Assembly (NCBI GenBank): GCA_009924135.1
Contig: RFSE01000008.1
Span: forward strand, 2,131 to 66,130
Length of the DNA stretch: 64,000 nt
Direction of reading: 5' to 3'
DNA from: Pseudomonadota bacterium
GTDB lineage: Bacteria; Verrucomicrobiota; Verrucomicrobiia; Limisphaerales; SXTU01
Shown: positions 26,070 through 35,404 of the stretch, one piece after another
Layout: each line of letters begins with the position of its first letter
Numbering within the stretch: the first letter of the stretch is position 1
Made by a program: the position numbers and the translations under genes
The notes under the pieces: model-generated
Told to the model about the DNA's origin: nothing
Database searches by the model: none
Seen by the model: the letters and a program-made list of their open reading frames with translations, nothing else

Positions 26070-26567
26070 CTATTCGCCGGCCTTCGGGTGGTTTCCAGGC
26101 AAAACAAAGTCCGTCTCCCACAGCTCGTAGTGCGTGGCCTTGAGGCCCAACCGCGCATAAACCTCCTTCGCCTTCGTGTTGTGGTCATCCACGTAAAGGC
26201 GCAGGCCGCAGACATCCTTCCGTTTGCGCGCGAGCTGTTCGATGTGCGCATGGAGCGCCTTGAACACTCCCCGGCCCCGCCACTCCGGCGTGACATACAC
26301 ACTCTGAATCCACCAGAAATTTCCGTTCCGCCAGTCGCTCCATTCGTAGGTGATGAGGAGCTGGCCGATGACCGCGCCGTCCGCCTCCGCGACGTAATAG
26401 GTGCCCTTGGCCGCATCCGCAAGCAACGCCCTCACCCCGCGCAGCACGCGCGGGGGACTCAGCTTGCGCCCTTCGGTCTCCAGGGCCATCGCGCGGTTGA
26501 AACGCGCGATGACGGCGGCATCAACAACTACGGCGGAGCGAATCGGAATTGGCAGGGACTTACTCAT
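26070..26567 (-). CDS. GNAT-family N-acetyltransferase
   Basis: IQSVYVTPEWRGRGVFKALH acetyl-CoA-binding motif. Start at MSKSLP. Confidence 0.75.
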   Translation of the reverse strand: MSKSLPIPIRSAVVVDAAVIARFNRAMALETEGRKLSPPRVLRGVRALLADAAKGTYYVAEADGAVIGQLLITYEWSDWRNGNFWWIQSVYVTPEWRGRGVFKALHAHIEQLARKRKDVCGLRLYVDDHNTKAKEVYARLGLKATHYELWETDFVLPGNHPKAGE

Positions 26568-26664
26568 CCTTTTCCTCATCCGCCCCATGGCTGAAGGCCA
26601 GCCAGCAACCAACGGCGATTCCTGCCAAGATGACCAATCCTAGAAGCGAAATGCCCAGGCCTGA

Positions 26665-27513
26665 TCACGACTTGATATCCCGCATGTGAAAGTGCGTCAC
26701 CCCGATGATGAAGGCCGTCACGTTCACGGCCACCAGCACGCACAAGGACTCCGCAATCTGCGCCACCTGCATCGGCTTGCTGAACACCAGAATCCACGCC
26801 CGGAAATGATGCGTGATGGCGAACTCCTTCCAGTCCGCGAAGAACGGCATCCCTTCCATCACCACACTGAGCATCAGAAAAGAAAGCGCGAGGATCGTCG
26901 CCGCCGCCGGCTTCATGTTGAAGCACGAGAACATGAACGCGAGACTGAGCATCGTACAGGCGTTGATGGCGAGTACCACATGCGCCAATGCGTATAACTT
27001 TAAGCCCTCCGAAGCATCCAAAACGCTGAAAATCGTCTGCGCGCCCGGCACGGGAATGAAGATGAACATCCCCTTCCACTCGAACCAGCACCGCGCGAAA
27101 AAAAGCGCCATCACGCCCAGCGAGATGACGAGAATTGCCGCGAAAATCACTCCCGTAAGCCACTTGGTGAAGAGCAGCCGGAAACGAGAAATGGGCCGCG
27201 AAAGGATCATCCGCAGCGTGCCATCCTCGGCCTCTTTCGCCACGAGGTCGCCGCCCACGAGCATCACATAAAGCGGCATGAGCAGGATGATTTGCGGGAT
27301 CAACATCAGCACGGCCACAGTCAGCGCCGAGATGAAGTCGCGCGCATCATAACCATTGCCTTCGAGCAAGTGCGCCGTGCCCTTGCTCCAGTTCGAGTAG
27401 CGGAAGGCCAGCAGCATCGCATTCTGCGCGATCAGGAAGACGCCAAAGCCGATGTACGTGCGCTTCTTGCCGAAGAGCTTGGCCAGTTCGCTGCGGAGTT
27501 GGAGGAAAAACAT
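26665..27513 (-). CDS. ABC-2 type transporter permease
   Basis: Six hydrophobic segments plus the AKEAEDGTLRMILSRPISR motif typical of ABC-2 permeases. Downstream of the ATPase. Confidence 0.75.
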   Translation of the reverse strand: MFFLQLRSELAKLFGKKRTYIGFGVFLIAQNAMLLAFRYSNWSKGTAHLLEGNGYDARDFISALTVAVLMLIPQIILLMPLYVMLVGGDLVAKEAEDGTLRMILSRPISRFRLLFTKWLTGVIFAAILVISLGVMALFFARCWFEWKGMFIFIPVPGAQTIFSVLDASEGLKLYALAHVVLAINACTMLSLAFMFSCFNMKPAAATILALSFLMLSVVMEGMPFFADWKEFAITHHFRAWILVFSKPMQVAQIAESLCVLVAVNVTAFIIGVTHFHMRDIKS

Positions 27514-27545
27514 GACGCGGATATCGAGGGTCGCGGGTCGAGGGA

Positions 27546-28451
27546 CTAGGGCTTCGGGGCCCGGCTGTCCTGCATCAGATTTAGATAGAAGTTCTCCAAG
27601 GTCTCCTCTTCCGGCGCAATCTCGAAGACCGGGATGTCCAGTGCCACGAGCCGGCGGACGAGGGCATCGGTCTTCACGCCGTCGGACAACGCGACGAGCG
27701 AACCGTTGCGCGTGTCGGTGATCAGCTTTTCGGATTGCAGGCTCGCGGTGGCCCGGGTGAAGTCGCCGACCTTGAGCCGCACCCACTGCTTGGTCTGCTT
27801 CGCCTCCGCCAGCGTCCCCTCAAAGACCTTGCGACCCTGGTTGACGACTGCGATGCGGGTGCAGAGCTGTTCGACTTCGTTGAGCAAGTGCGAGGAGAGC
27901 AGGATGGTGAGGCCGAGTTCCTTTTGCAGCCTTTGAATGGTCAGGCGCATCTCGTGGATGCCCTCGGGATCAAGACCGTCACTGGGCTCATCAAGGATGA
28001 GCAGCTCGGGATCGGGCAGAAGCGCCTGCGCGAGGGCGAGCCGCGTCCGCATGCCGTGGGAATACTTGCTGACCTTGTCGCGCTCGCGCCCGGTGAGCCC
28101 GACCCATTCGACGATCTTTTTGATGCGTGCGGGCGGCGTGGGGGCGGTGTAGTGACTGAGGATTTCCAAGTTCTTCCAACCGCTGAGATAGTCATAGAAG
28201 ACCGGCGTCTCGAAGATCGCTCCGACGCGGTGCAGGGCTTTGGCGCGATGCCGCGTGATGTCGTGCCCGCAGATGCGCAGCTCCCCCGTCGTGGGCCAGA
28301 CCTGCCCCAGCATCATGCCGATGCTCGTGCTTTTGCCGGCGCCGTTGTGACCGAGGAGGCCGAAGATTTCGCCCCGCGGAACCACCAGATCGAGGTCCCG
28401 CACCGCCCATCGTTCGCCAAAGATTTTGCTGACACCCCGCAGCTCAATCAC
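27546..28451 (-). CDS. ABC transporter ATP-binding protein
   Basis: Walker [10 protein letters not shown], signature SHGMRTRL and Walker B LLILDEP. GTG start (V83 of the track ORF) overlaps the upstream stop as GTGA. Confidence 0.85.
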   Translation of the reverse strand: MIELRGVSKIFGERWAVRDLDLVVPRGEIFGLLGHNGAGKSTSIGMMLGQVWPTTGELRICGHDITRHRAKALHRVGAIFETPVFYDYLSGWKNLEILSHYTAPTPPARIKKIVEWVGLTGRERDKVSKYSHGMRTRLALAQALLPDPELLILDEPSDGLDPEGIHEMRLTIQRLQKELGLTILLSSHLLNEVEQLCTRIAVVNQGRKVFEGTLAEAKQTKQWVRLKVGDFTRATASLQSEKLITDTRNGSLVALSDGVKTDALVRRLVALDIPVFEIAPEEETLENFYLNLMQDSRAPKP

Positions 28452-29032
28452 AGCGTGCCCCCCATTTCGAGGAGCTTGTTGATGTGGCCGTCGGCGTAGA
28501 TGAAGTTCACTTCCTTGCCCACGCCCCGGTCCCGGTGGAAGTTGTCCTTGTCGTAGAAGACTGGGATCACGTGCTGGCCGAAGGCGATGTTCATTACCAC
28601 GAGCCGGTCGGCATCCTGGCCATTGAGCAGGGAGTTCCACGCGTAGCTCGTACCGGTTTGGAGGAAAATGTCGAGCCGGTCCGAGGGACACCGCCAAACG
28701 TTCGAGTTGCCGCCCGTGTAGGTCATGAGCACGGCATCCGGGGCCGGCAACGGTACGGTATTCGTCGCCGGCACGGAGTTGTTGCCGAGCAAGGCATCGC
28801 GCATGAAGGGCAGGCGGTTGTTGTTGTCCTGCACGTATAGCTGGAGGCCCGTGCCGAGCTGGCGTAGGTTGTTCAAACAGACGGTGCCGCGTCCGCCTTC
28901 CTTGGCCTTGCTCATCACCGGCAGCAACAGCCCGGCCAGAATGGCGATGATGGCGATGACGACGAGCAGTTCAATCAGGGTAAACGCCGCAGGGGCGGGG
29001 CGGACCGAAGGGCGACCAGTGAAGTAACGCAT
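28448..29032 (-). CDS. Prepilin-type N-terminal cleavage/methylation domain protein (pseudopilin-like)
   Basis: [25 protein letters not shown]-terminus and C-terminal YADGH motif. Confidence 0.8.
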   Translation of the reverse strand: MRYFTGRPSVRPAPAAFTLIELLVVIAIIAILAGLLLPVMSKAKEGGRGTVCLNNLRQLGTGLQLYVQDNNNRLPFMRDALLGNNSVPATNTVPLPAPDAVLMTYTGGNSNVWRCPSDRLDIFLQTGTSYAWNSLLNGQDADRLVVMNIAFGQHVIPVFYDKDNFHRDRGVGKEVNFIYADGHINKLLEMGGTL

Positions 29033-29035
29033 AAC

Positions 29036-29653
29036 TCACCTTACCGGGCGCATATGACGCCCGCTTTCCATCTGCCGTTGAATCTCTTCCAAAAGGGGGG
29101 CCAGCTCGGCCTTGGTCTGCGCCGAGCTTTGCGAATAGAATGCCCCCAGTCCGGCGGCGGCGGCCCGCTTTTCCAGCTCGGGACTGAGCGGCGGTGGCGC
29201 ATCCCCACCGGGACCGCGTCCGCCATTGGCCGGATCGTCGCGTGCTTCCCGCAGGCGCTTCACGCTGTCGGTGATGGCCTTCTGCCGCTTCTCCGGAGGC
29301 AGCTGCTCAAACGCGGTGAGCATCTGTTTCACGCCCGTCGGCAGGGTGGCCGCAATGAAATCGCCCTTTTCCTGGTCGTTCATTTCCTTGAACCACCGGT
29401 CCCACTCGCGGTCCATGCGCGCATTGCGGCGGTCTTCGGGGGACAACTGGTTCAGGTCATCGGCCAGCTTTCTGAGGGCCTTGGCGCGCGCGTCACCTTG
29501 CAGTTTGGCCAGATCTGTTTTCGCCAGGTAGGCCCGTACTTTTTCGCTCGTTACCTTGGCGTTCTTGGCGATGAGATAGCCGCCAAACGCCAGCACCCAG
29601 ACCCCGACCAGCACAGCGGCGGCGATCACCAGTGGTTTTTGACGCGGATTCAT
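29036..29653 (-). CDS. Membrane-anchored hypothetical protein (one N-terminal TM helix, charged helical remainder)
   Basis: PLVIAAAVLVGVWVLAFGGYLI TM segment. Its stop lies 3 nt before the pseudopilin start. Confidence 0.55.
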   Translation of the reverse strand: MNPRQKPLVIAAAVLVGVWVLAFGGYLIAKNAKVTSEKVRAYLAKTDLAKLQGDARAKALRKLADDLNQLSPEDRRNARMDREWDRWFKEMNDQEKGDFIAATLPTGVKQMLTAFEQLPPEKRQKAITDSVKRLREARDDPANGGRGPGGDAPPPLSPELEKRAAAAGLGAFYSQSSAQTKAELAPLLEEIQRQMESGRHMRPVR

Positions 29654-29873
29654 GGCTGGCGGGAGCGTACCGGACCCCGGTCGGTTAGCCAAGTTTGTTT
29701 CACGCAGGCCTTTTTTGGAAAGTTATTCACAGGGGGTGACATGCAAAAAACCAGTATCCACTGCGTTTTTCTGCTTGCGCCCCCCTGCCCTGATGGCTTC
29801 CATTACCAATAAGTCGCAAGTCGGACTAGCTAACCAGTTAAGATAAACATTCAACACAACCAAAAACACACGT

Positions 29874-30191
29874 ATGGCCAAAGCCCTCTCCAAGTCCCAA
29901 ATCGCCTCTGAAGTCGCCACGAAAGCCGAGATTTCCAAGAAACAGGCCGCTGGCATCCTCGAGCACCTTGCCGAACTCGCCTACAAGAACGCGAAGAACA
30001 GCTTCACGCTCCCCGGCATCGGCAAGCTCGTCCTCGTCAACCGCAAGGCCCGCGTGGGTCGTAATCCCGCCACCGGTGCGACGATCAACATCCCGGCCAA
30101 GAAGGTCGTGAAGTTCCGCGTGGCCAAGGCCGCGAAGGACGCGATCCTCGGACCTAAGGCTGCCGCGAAGGCACCCGCCGCGAAGAAGTAA
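29874..30191 (+). CDS. hup: HU/IHF-family DNA-binding protein with a short Lys/Ala-rich tail
   Basis: GIGKLVLVNRKARVGRNPATGATINIPAKKVVKFRVAKAAKDAI is the HU arm signature. Confidence 0.85.
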   Translation: MAKALSKSQIASEVATKAEISKKQAAGILEHLAELAYKNAKNSFTLPGIGKLVLVNRKARVGRNPATGATINIPAKKVVKFRVAKAAKDAILGPKAAAKAPAAKK

Positions 30192-30209
30192 TTGATCCCT
30201 TCCCCCAAA

Positions 30210-30238
30210 GCACCCCGGTTCGCCGGGGTGCTTTTTTA
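30210..30238 (+). terminator. Rho-independent terminator after hup
   Basis: GCACCCCGG-TTCG-CCGGGGTGC followed by TTTTTT. Confidence 0.8.
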
Positions 30239-30257
30239 TTGCCCCGATTGACCGCGC

Positions 30258-31088
30258 TCAGGCTTTGAGCCGGTAAAACTCGGTCGCGTTCCCACCAAAA
30301 AACTTCGTCCTCACCTCCGTCGGCAGACTGCGCACGTAGTCGTCTGCGAGCCGGTGCACCTGCCCGTAGTTGCCCGCCAGGGTGCAGACCGGCCAGTCCG
30401 TCCCGAACATTAATCGTTCGGGACCAAAGCTCGTAAAAACCACATCAAGATAAGGCCGGAAATCCTCCGCCTGCCAGCCGTCCCACTTCGCTTCCGTGAC
30501 CATGCCGGAAACCTTGCACCACACGTTGGGGGCCAGCGCCAGTTCCCGGATTTGCTCGCGCCAGGGGGAGATCGTGCCGTCCCGGATGAACGGCTTGGCG
30601 ATGTGATCGAGCACGAAGCGTTGGTCCGGGAAATTCGCCGCGAGCCGGATGGCGGCGGGCAACTGCTTGGGAAAAACCAGCAGGTCGTACGCGAGATTGA
30701 ACTGCCGCAGCTTTCCGATGCCCCGCTGAAACGCAGGCCGCAGCATGAAGTTGTCATCCGGCTCATCCTGCACGACATGCCGCACACCAACGAAACGCGG
30801 GTGCTTCGCGAGTTCCCCGAGCTGTTCCTCCACCCGCTCGCTCTGCAAATCCACCCAGCCCACCACGCCCTTGACGTACGGATAAGCGTCGGCCAGCGAA
30901 AGCAGCCACTGCGCTTCGGCGACCGTCTGCTGGGCCTGCACAGCCACGCAGCCATCCAAGCCGACCTTGGCCATCTCGCGCTCCAGATCAGGCGGGAGAT
31001 AGTCGCGGCGGATGGGCCACTCGGGTTTCATCCACGGGTACTCGGCAGCGGTGTAACGCCAGAAATGCTGATGGGAATCTATGTTCAT
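30258..31088 (-). CDS. Amidohydrolase-2 family protein (sugar-lactonase-like, e.g. L-fucono-lactonase type)
   Basis: IDSHQHFW metal-binding start, VLDHIAKP and MFGTDWP motifs. Start at MNIDSHQH. Confidence 0.7.
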   Translation of the reverse strand: MNIDSHQHFWRYTAAEYPWMKPEWPIRRDYLPPDLEREMAKVGLDGCVAVQAQQTVAEAQWLLSLADAYPYVKGVVGWVDLQSERVEEQLGELAKHPRFVGVRHVVQDEPDDNFMLRPAFQRGIGKLRQFNLAYDLLVFPKQLPAAIRLAANFPDQRFVLDHIAKPFIRDGTISPWREQIRELALAPNVWCKVSGMVTEAKWDGWQAEDFRPYLDVVFTSFGPERLMFGTDWPVCTLAGNYGQVHRLADDYVRSLPTEVRTKFFGGNATEFYRLKA

Positions 31089-31483
31089 GTCTATTTGAGG
31101 ACAAACTCCACGTCGCACCGGTAGCCCGGCGTCAGGTCCAGTTCGCGCCGGTGTGCGCGGGCCGCAGGGTCGTGCCAACGGCCGAACTGAAGCAGTTCCT
31201 CCAACGACGCCCGGCGCACGCGCCGCCACTCCGGCGGCAGCACGGGCAGGTCGAGGTCGAGGTCAGGAACAAGATTCACAGGAGCACGAATTCCACGGGA
31301 CATTGGGCGGCACGTCGCTGCCGGACGCGTTCGGGAGAGGAGTTGCGGAACCGCAAATTCGCCTCGCACCGGAGCAGCATCGCCTCCGGTCCTACCAGCG
31401 TTTGTGGCCAGTTGGCGTCGGAGTTCACGGGGAACTCCAGCTCGGGTGCCGGAAACGGCATTGGATCGACTGCCGCCCCGTTA

Positions 31484-32014
31484 TCAGGAGCAGGCGAGAA
31501 GAACTTTTCGATGCATGTCAGGCGGTCCATATTGGGCAAACAATGTGTGCATTTCGGGGCTGTTCAAGTCCAGCCGTTGCCGTTGCACCAATTCTACCAC
31601 ATCCAGAAAATCGCGGATCTGCCGGTGTTTCCCGCCGTGCTTCAATGCGTGCAGCTTTAACGCCACCAGGTGTGCAGGGCTCGGGATGCGCCACTGCTCA
31701 CCCCACAGCTCAATTGACTGGCTTGCCGCGCGCATTTTTCCAAAGGTCGGGTCGTTCACAATCATGACATCCACTGCCCACGCATCGTCTGCCGGCGGAT
31801 TGAACTGCATGAAGTTCCCACCGTCGTGGAACACTGTATATCCGTGGCACTTTAGCAGTTCCTGCCACTTTGCAAGTTGTTCGCGCCGCACCATCAAATC
31901 CAAGTCCGCCGTCTCGCGCTCGACACCATAGGCAATGATCGCATTGCCACCAATGAGCAGGAACTCAAGCCCCTGCACAGCGGCGTCATCCCGTATGGCG
32001 GCTAGCTGGCTCAT
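31484..32014 (-). CDS. Minimal nucleotidyltransferase-fold protein
   Basis: GGNAIIAYGVERETADLDLMV (G-x-n-D-x-D NTase motif). The segment is more AT-rich than its flanks. The start lies 9 nt after the aldo/keto reductase stop. Confidence 0.55.
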   Translation of the reverse strand: MSQLAAIRDDAAVQGLEFLLIGGNAIIAYGVERETADLDLMVRREQLAKWQELLKCHGYTVFHDGGNFMQFNPPADDAWAVDVMIVNDPTFGKMRAASQSIELWGEQWRIPSPAHLVALKLHALKHGGKHRQIRDFLDVVELVQRQRLDLNSPEMHTLFAQYGPPDMHRKVLLACS

Positions 32015-32023
32015 GTATCCGCG

Positions 32024-32977
32024 TTACAGCCCCGCATCCCAGTCCACATTGTTCTCCTGCTTGCCCACGCGCCACAGCACATTTTTCGTCGGCTCCAACA
32101 ACTGCATCACCTCGGCGATCAGCGCGAGGTCCACCGGCTCGTTCATCCACTGGAGTTGCTTGGCCATGTTGTCCGGGTTCGCCGTGCCGGGGACGGTCGT
32201 GGCGATGTCCACGTTTTGCAGGCAGAACTGCAACGCCAGCTTGGCGATGTCCACGCCCTTCGCATCGCAGAATTCCACGGCCTTGCGGCATTGCGCCTTG
32301 AGCGACTCCGGCGCGTGATGCCACGTCGGCAACGGCTGGCGCGTGAGCAGCCGCTCGCTGAAGGGCGACGCGCTCATGATGCCCACACCCTTGGCCTTCA
32401 GATAGGGAATCAGGCCCAGCAACGACGTGTTGTTCATCGAGTAGTGGCAGTAGCTCAACATGCAGTCCAGCTCGGTACGGTCGAGGATATAACGAAAGAT
32501 GTTCAGCGGAAACCCGGTCACGCCGATGAATCGGATCTTCCCCTGCTCGCGAGCCTTGCGCAGCGCGGGCAGCGCCTCGTCCACCACCTGCTGCATGTCA
32601 CCAAACTCGATGTCATGGCACTGCATGATGTCAATGTGATCCACGCCCATGCGTTGCAGGCTCTCGTCCACGCTGCGCAGGATGCGGTCGTAGCTGAAGT
32701 CAAAGCCCGCGACATCGTACCGCCCGCACTTCGTTCCGAGGATGAACCGGTCGCGCGCAATGTCCTTGAACGCCCGGCCCAGCACCTGCTCGGACAACGT
32801 GCGCCCGTAGTAAGGTGACGTGTCGATGAAGTTCACGCCGCCATCCAACGCCACATGCAACGAGCGGATGGCCCGCGCCTCGTCCGTGGCATTGCCGTAT
32901 TCGTTGCCGAGCGACGCCGCGCCGTAGCTGACGACGGAGAGGTTCAGGCCGGTCTGGCCAAGGGGGCGGTATTGCAT
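32024..32977 (-). CDS. Aldo/keto reductase, L-galactose / L-fucose (D-threo-aldose) 1-dehydrogenase-like
   Basis: GVNFIDTSPYYGRTLSEQVLG and ILGTKCGRY closely resemble L-galactose dehydrogenase-type AKRs (from memory). Confidence 0.7.
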   Translation of the reverse strand: MQYRPLGQTGLNLSVVSYGAASLGNEYGNATDEARAIRSLHVALDGGVNFIDTSPYYGRTLSEQVLGRAFKDIARDRFILGTKCGRYDVAGFDFSYDRILRSVDESLQRMGVDHIDIMQCHDIEFGDMQQVVDEALPALRKAREQGKIRFIGVTGFPLNIFRYILDRTELDCMLSYCHYSMNNTSLLGLIPYLKAKGVGIMSASPFSERLLTRQPLPTWHHAPESLKAQCRKAVEFCDAKGVDIAKLALQFCLQNVDIATTVPGTANPDNMAKQLQWMNEPVDLALIAEVMQLLEPTKNVLWRVGKQENNVDWDAGL

Positions 32978-33104
32978 GGAAGGAATTTGGTTTGTTGTTG
33001 CGCCGAAATTCTAGGCGGCGTTTCCCCGCTGGTGCAACGCAAACTTCCACTCGCGGCCCGGAGCGCGACCGTGTCGCAGGCCAGTCGCAGCAACGTACGG
33101 GGCG

Positions 33105-33544
33105 CTTTCCTCTCCCTCTCCCCCATCGGGGGAGAGGGCCTGGGTTAGGGGCAAGACTTCCAACAGCTCGGCACTTTTAGGAATTCAATCATGGTTTACG
33201 TCCGCGCGAAACCACTCCCCGCTACGACTACTTCGCAGCACACCCCATCCCCATGAACCGAGGTTTTGGCAGGAAAATTAGGGGCAGGAAAATTGGGAGT
33301 AAAAATCTGCCTGCCCTTAATTTTCCAGCCCTCAATCCAGCTCGTCCGCCGTGGTTCAAGGGTTCAAAGCGCGAACTTTTCGTTAGGAGAATTCTCACTC
33401 TAACCCTCTCCTCCGATGGGGGAGAGGAAACTCGCGTTCGTACTTCAGAACCGTTCGCCCAACTGAGAAGCTTTTGTGGCCAGGTTCGATCTAGAATACG
33501 CTTCACGTCTGTCCCACCTCTGCGCCTTTCCCGTCTCTGCGGTG
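33105..33544. repeat. Repeat-dense intergenic region: two GGGAGAGGG-type REP units (33105-33152, 33389-33436), a GGCAGGAAAATT-armed hairpin (33268-33331) and a half CACCGCAGAG-type hairpin (33500-33544)
   Basis: Direct sequence comparison with the families listed elsewhere in this window. Confidence 0.7.
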
Positions 33545-33623
33545 CTTCCCCCCAAGGGCTCCGCAGAGTTTCAAGAACTCCCCTTGATGGCCGGCTCACG
33601 TACTCACGTCAGACCCTGAGCAC

Positions 33624-35048
33624 ATGAACCTCCCGTTGTTCTCGCCAGCCATGAGCCGGCGCTCGTTCATCACGGCCTCCACCACGGGGCTGGCGGGCTT
33701 GAGCTTTGGGAATGCGGCCTTCGGTTCCACCAACGCCACACCGCGCAAGCGTCCGGCGAAGTCCACCATCCTCTTCTTCCTCTGTGGCGGCTCCTCCCAC
33801 ATCGACATGTGGGACATGAAACCCGACGCGCCGAGGGAGTATCGCGGCGACTTCAAACCCATCGCGACCTCCGCCCCCGGCGTGAACATCTGCGAGCACC
33901 TGCCGCTCACCGCCAAGCAGGGCCATCACCTCGCCATCGTCAACGGCCTCACGGACTACGGCCGCGCCACCGGCGATCACCACGCCGGTTACTACTACAA
34001 TCTCACCGGCCACGCGCCCGACGACACCTTCCGCCGCGAGGGCAACGACCGCCGACCCTACCCTACCGACTGGCCGCACATAGGCTGCGTCATCGGCACG
34101 AAACGCCCGCCGCACCCGAAGATGCCGCAGGTCATCACCCTGCCCTACCGGCCGAGCAAGGCCCCTTACACGCGGCCCGGCCAGTTCGCCGGCCGGCTCG
34201 GCATGGAGTTCGATCCCTTCTTCGTCGCCGGCAGCCGCGATCAACCCCTGCGCTTCACCGCGCCCACGTTGACAATGGATGCCGGCGTCTCCGCCGGACG
34301 CATGGGCGACCGGCGGGCGTTGCTCGATGCCGTCAACGCCGCGCGACGCGACCTGGACCACGAGGCCATCGTCAATAACTACGTCCGCCAACAGGAGAAG
34401 GCCTTCTCCCTCCTCGCCTCCAGCGCGGCAGCGGGCGCGTTTGACATCGCCACGGAAAAGCCCGCGACCCTGGAGCGCTACGGCCAGACCATCAACGGCA
34501 CCAGCCTCGTGATGGCCCGGCGGCTCGTCGAAGCGGGTGTGCCCTTCGTGACCGTTTTCTGGGCGGAGGACGACGAATCCGTGGCCCAAAAGTGCCTCAG
34601 CGGTGGCGGCTGGGACACGCACGGCAACAACTTCGCCTGCCTCAAGGAAAACTTGCTTCCGGAATTCGACCGGGGCTTCTCCGCCCTCGTGGAGGATTTA
34701 CACCAGCGCGGCCTGCTCGACTCCACGCTGCTGCTGGTGACCAGCGAGATGGGCCGCAAACCCAAGATCGGCGACCCGCGCACGCGCGGAAAAGTTGCCG
34801 CTGGACGCGACCACTGGACCGCCTGCATGAGCGTGGTGATGGCTGGCGGCGGCATCCAGGGCGGCCAAGTGTACGGCAAGACGGACCCGCTGGGCCAGTA
34901 TCCCGCCGAGAATCCCGTCGGCCCCGAGGACATCGCCAAGACCGTCTATCACGCCATGGGCATCGACAACCTCGAAGCCATGGACCTCCAAGGCCGGCCC
35001 TACAACCTCCTCGAAGACGGCCGCGCGCTGACCTCACTGTTCGGCTAG
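33624..35048 (+). CDS. DUF1501 domain protein (sulfatase-like fold, Tat signal)
   Basis: MSRRSFITASTTGLAGLSFG twin-arginine signal, FLCGGSSHIDMWDMKPDAP and GRDHW motifs. Alternative ATG at 33651. Confidence 0.8.
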   Translation: MNLPLFSPAMSRRSFITASTTGLAGLSFGNAAFGSTNATPRKRPAKSTILFFLCGGSSHIDMWDMKPDAPREYRGDFKPIATSAPGVNICEHLPLTAKQGHHLAIVNGLTDYGRATGDHHAGYYYNLTGHAPDDTFRREGNDRRPYPTDWPHIGCVIGTKRPPHPKMPQVITLPYRPSKAPYTRPGQFAGRLGMEFDPFFVAGSRDQPLRFTAPTLTMDAGVSAGRMGDRRALLDAVNAARRDLDHEAIVNNYVRQQEKAFSLLASSAAAGAFDIATEKPATLERYGQTINGTSLVMARRLVEAGVPFVTVFWAEDDESVAQKCLSGGGWDTHGNNFACLKENLLPEFDRGFSALVEDLHQRGLLDSTLLLVTSEMGRKPKIGDPRTRGKVAAGRDHWTACMSVVMAGGGIQGGQVYGKTDPLGQYPAENPVGPEDIAKTVYHAMGIDNLEAMDLQGRPYNLLEDGRALTSLFG

Positions 35049-35169
35049 TGGGGCAGGCTTCCAGCCTGTCTCAGCGGGGATCTTGCCGGGACCCAGCGAA
35101 TCGGCCTCATTCGTAATTTGCGCAGCAGCGCGTGCGACCGTCGTGGCCTGCTGAAGTAGTTCTCCAACA

Positions 35170-35345
35170 CGTACCGGGGCGACGGGACGCGCGTCAGCGT
35201 CTTGGACTGCGGCGGCCCTCCGCCGCTTTTGATGGCACCGGAGAACTCCACGCCACGGCGAAAACGCCAGCGGACTGCGTACTCCAAGACCTCGCGGACG
35301 CCCACAACGCGGGAGTTGTCCGTATCGAGGAGCGAACCAAGTTCG
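35170..35345 (-). repeat. Long palindromic repeat, family B, copy 1 (reverse orientation)
   Basis: GTCTTGGACTGCGGCGGCCCTCCGCCGCTTTT ... GAAAACGCCAGCGGACTGCGTACTCCAAGAC matches the reverse complement of 57506-57716 and 58402-58604. Confidence 0.75.
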
Positions 35346-35404
35346 CTGACACTGCACCTCGCTGTTAGATTGTACCCCGCACCAAAATCGCCACACTCCC
35401 GCCG

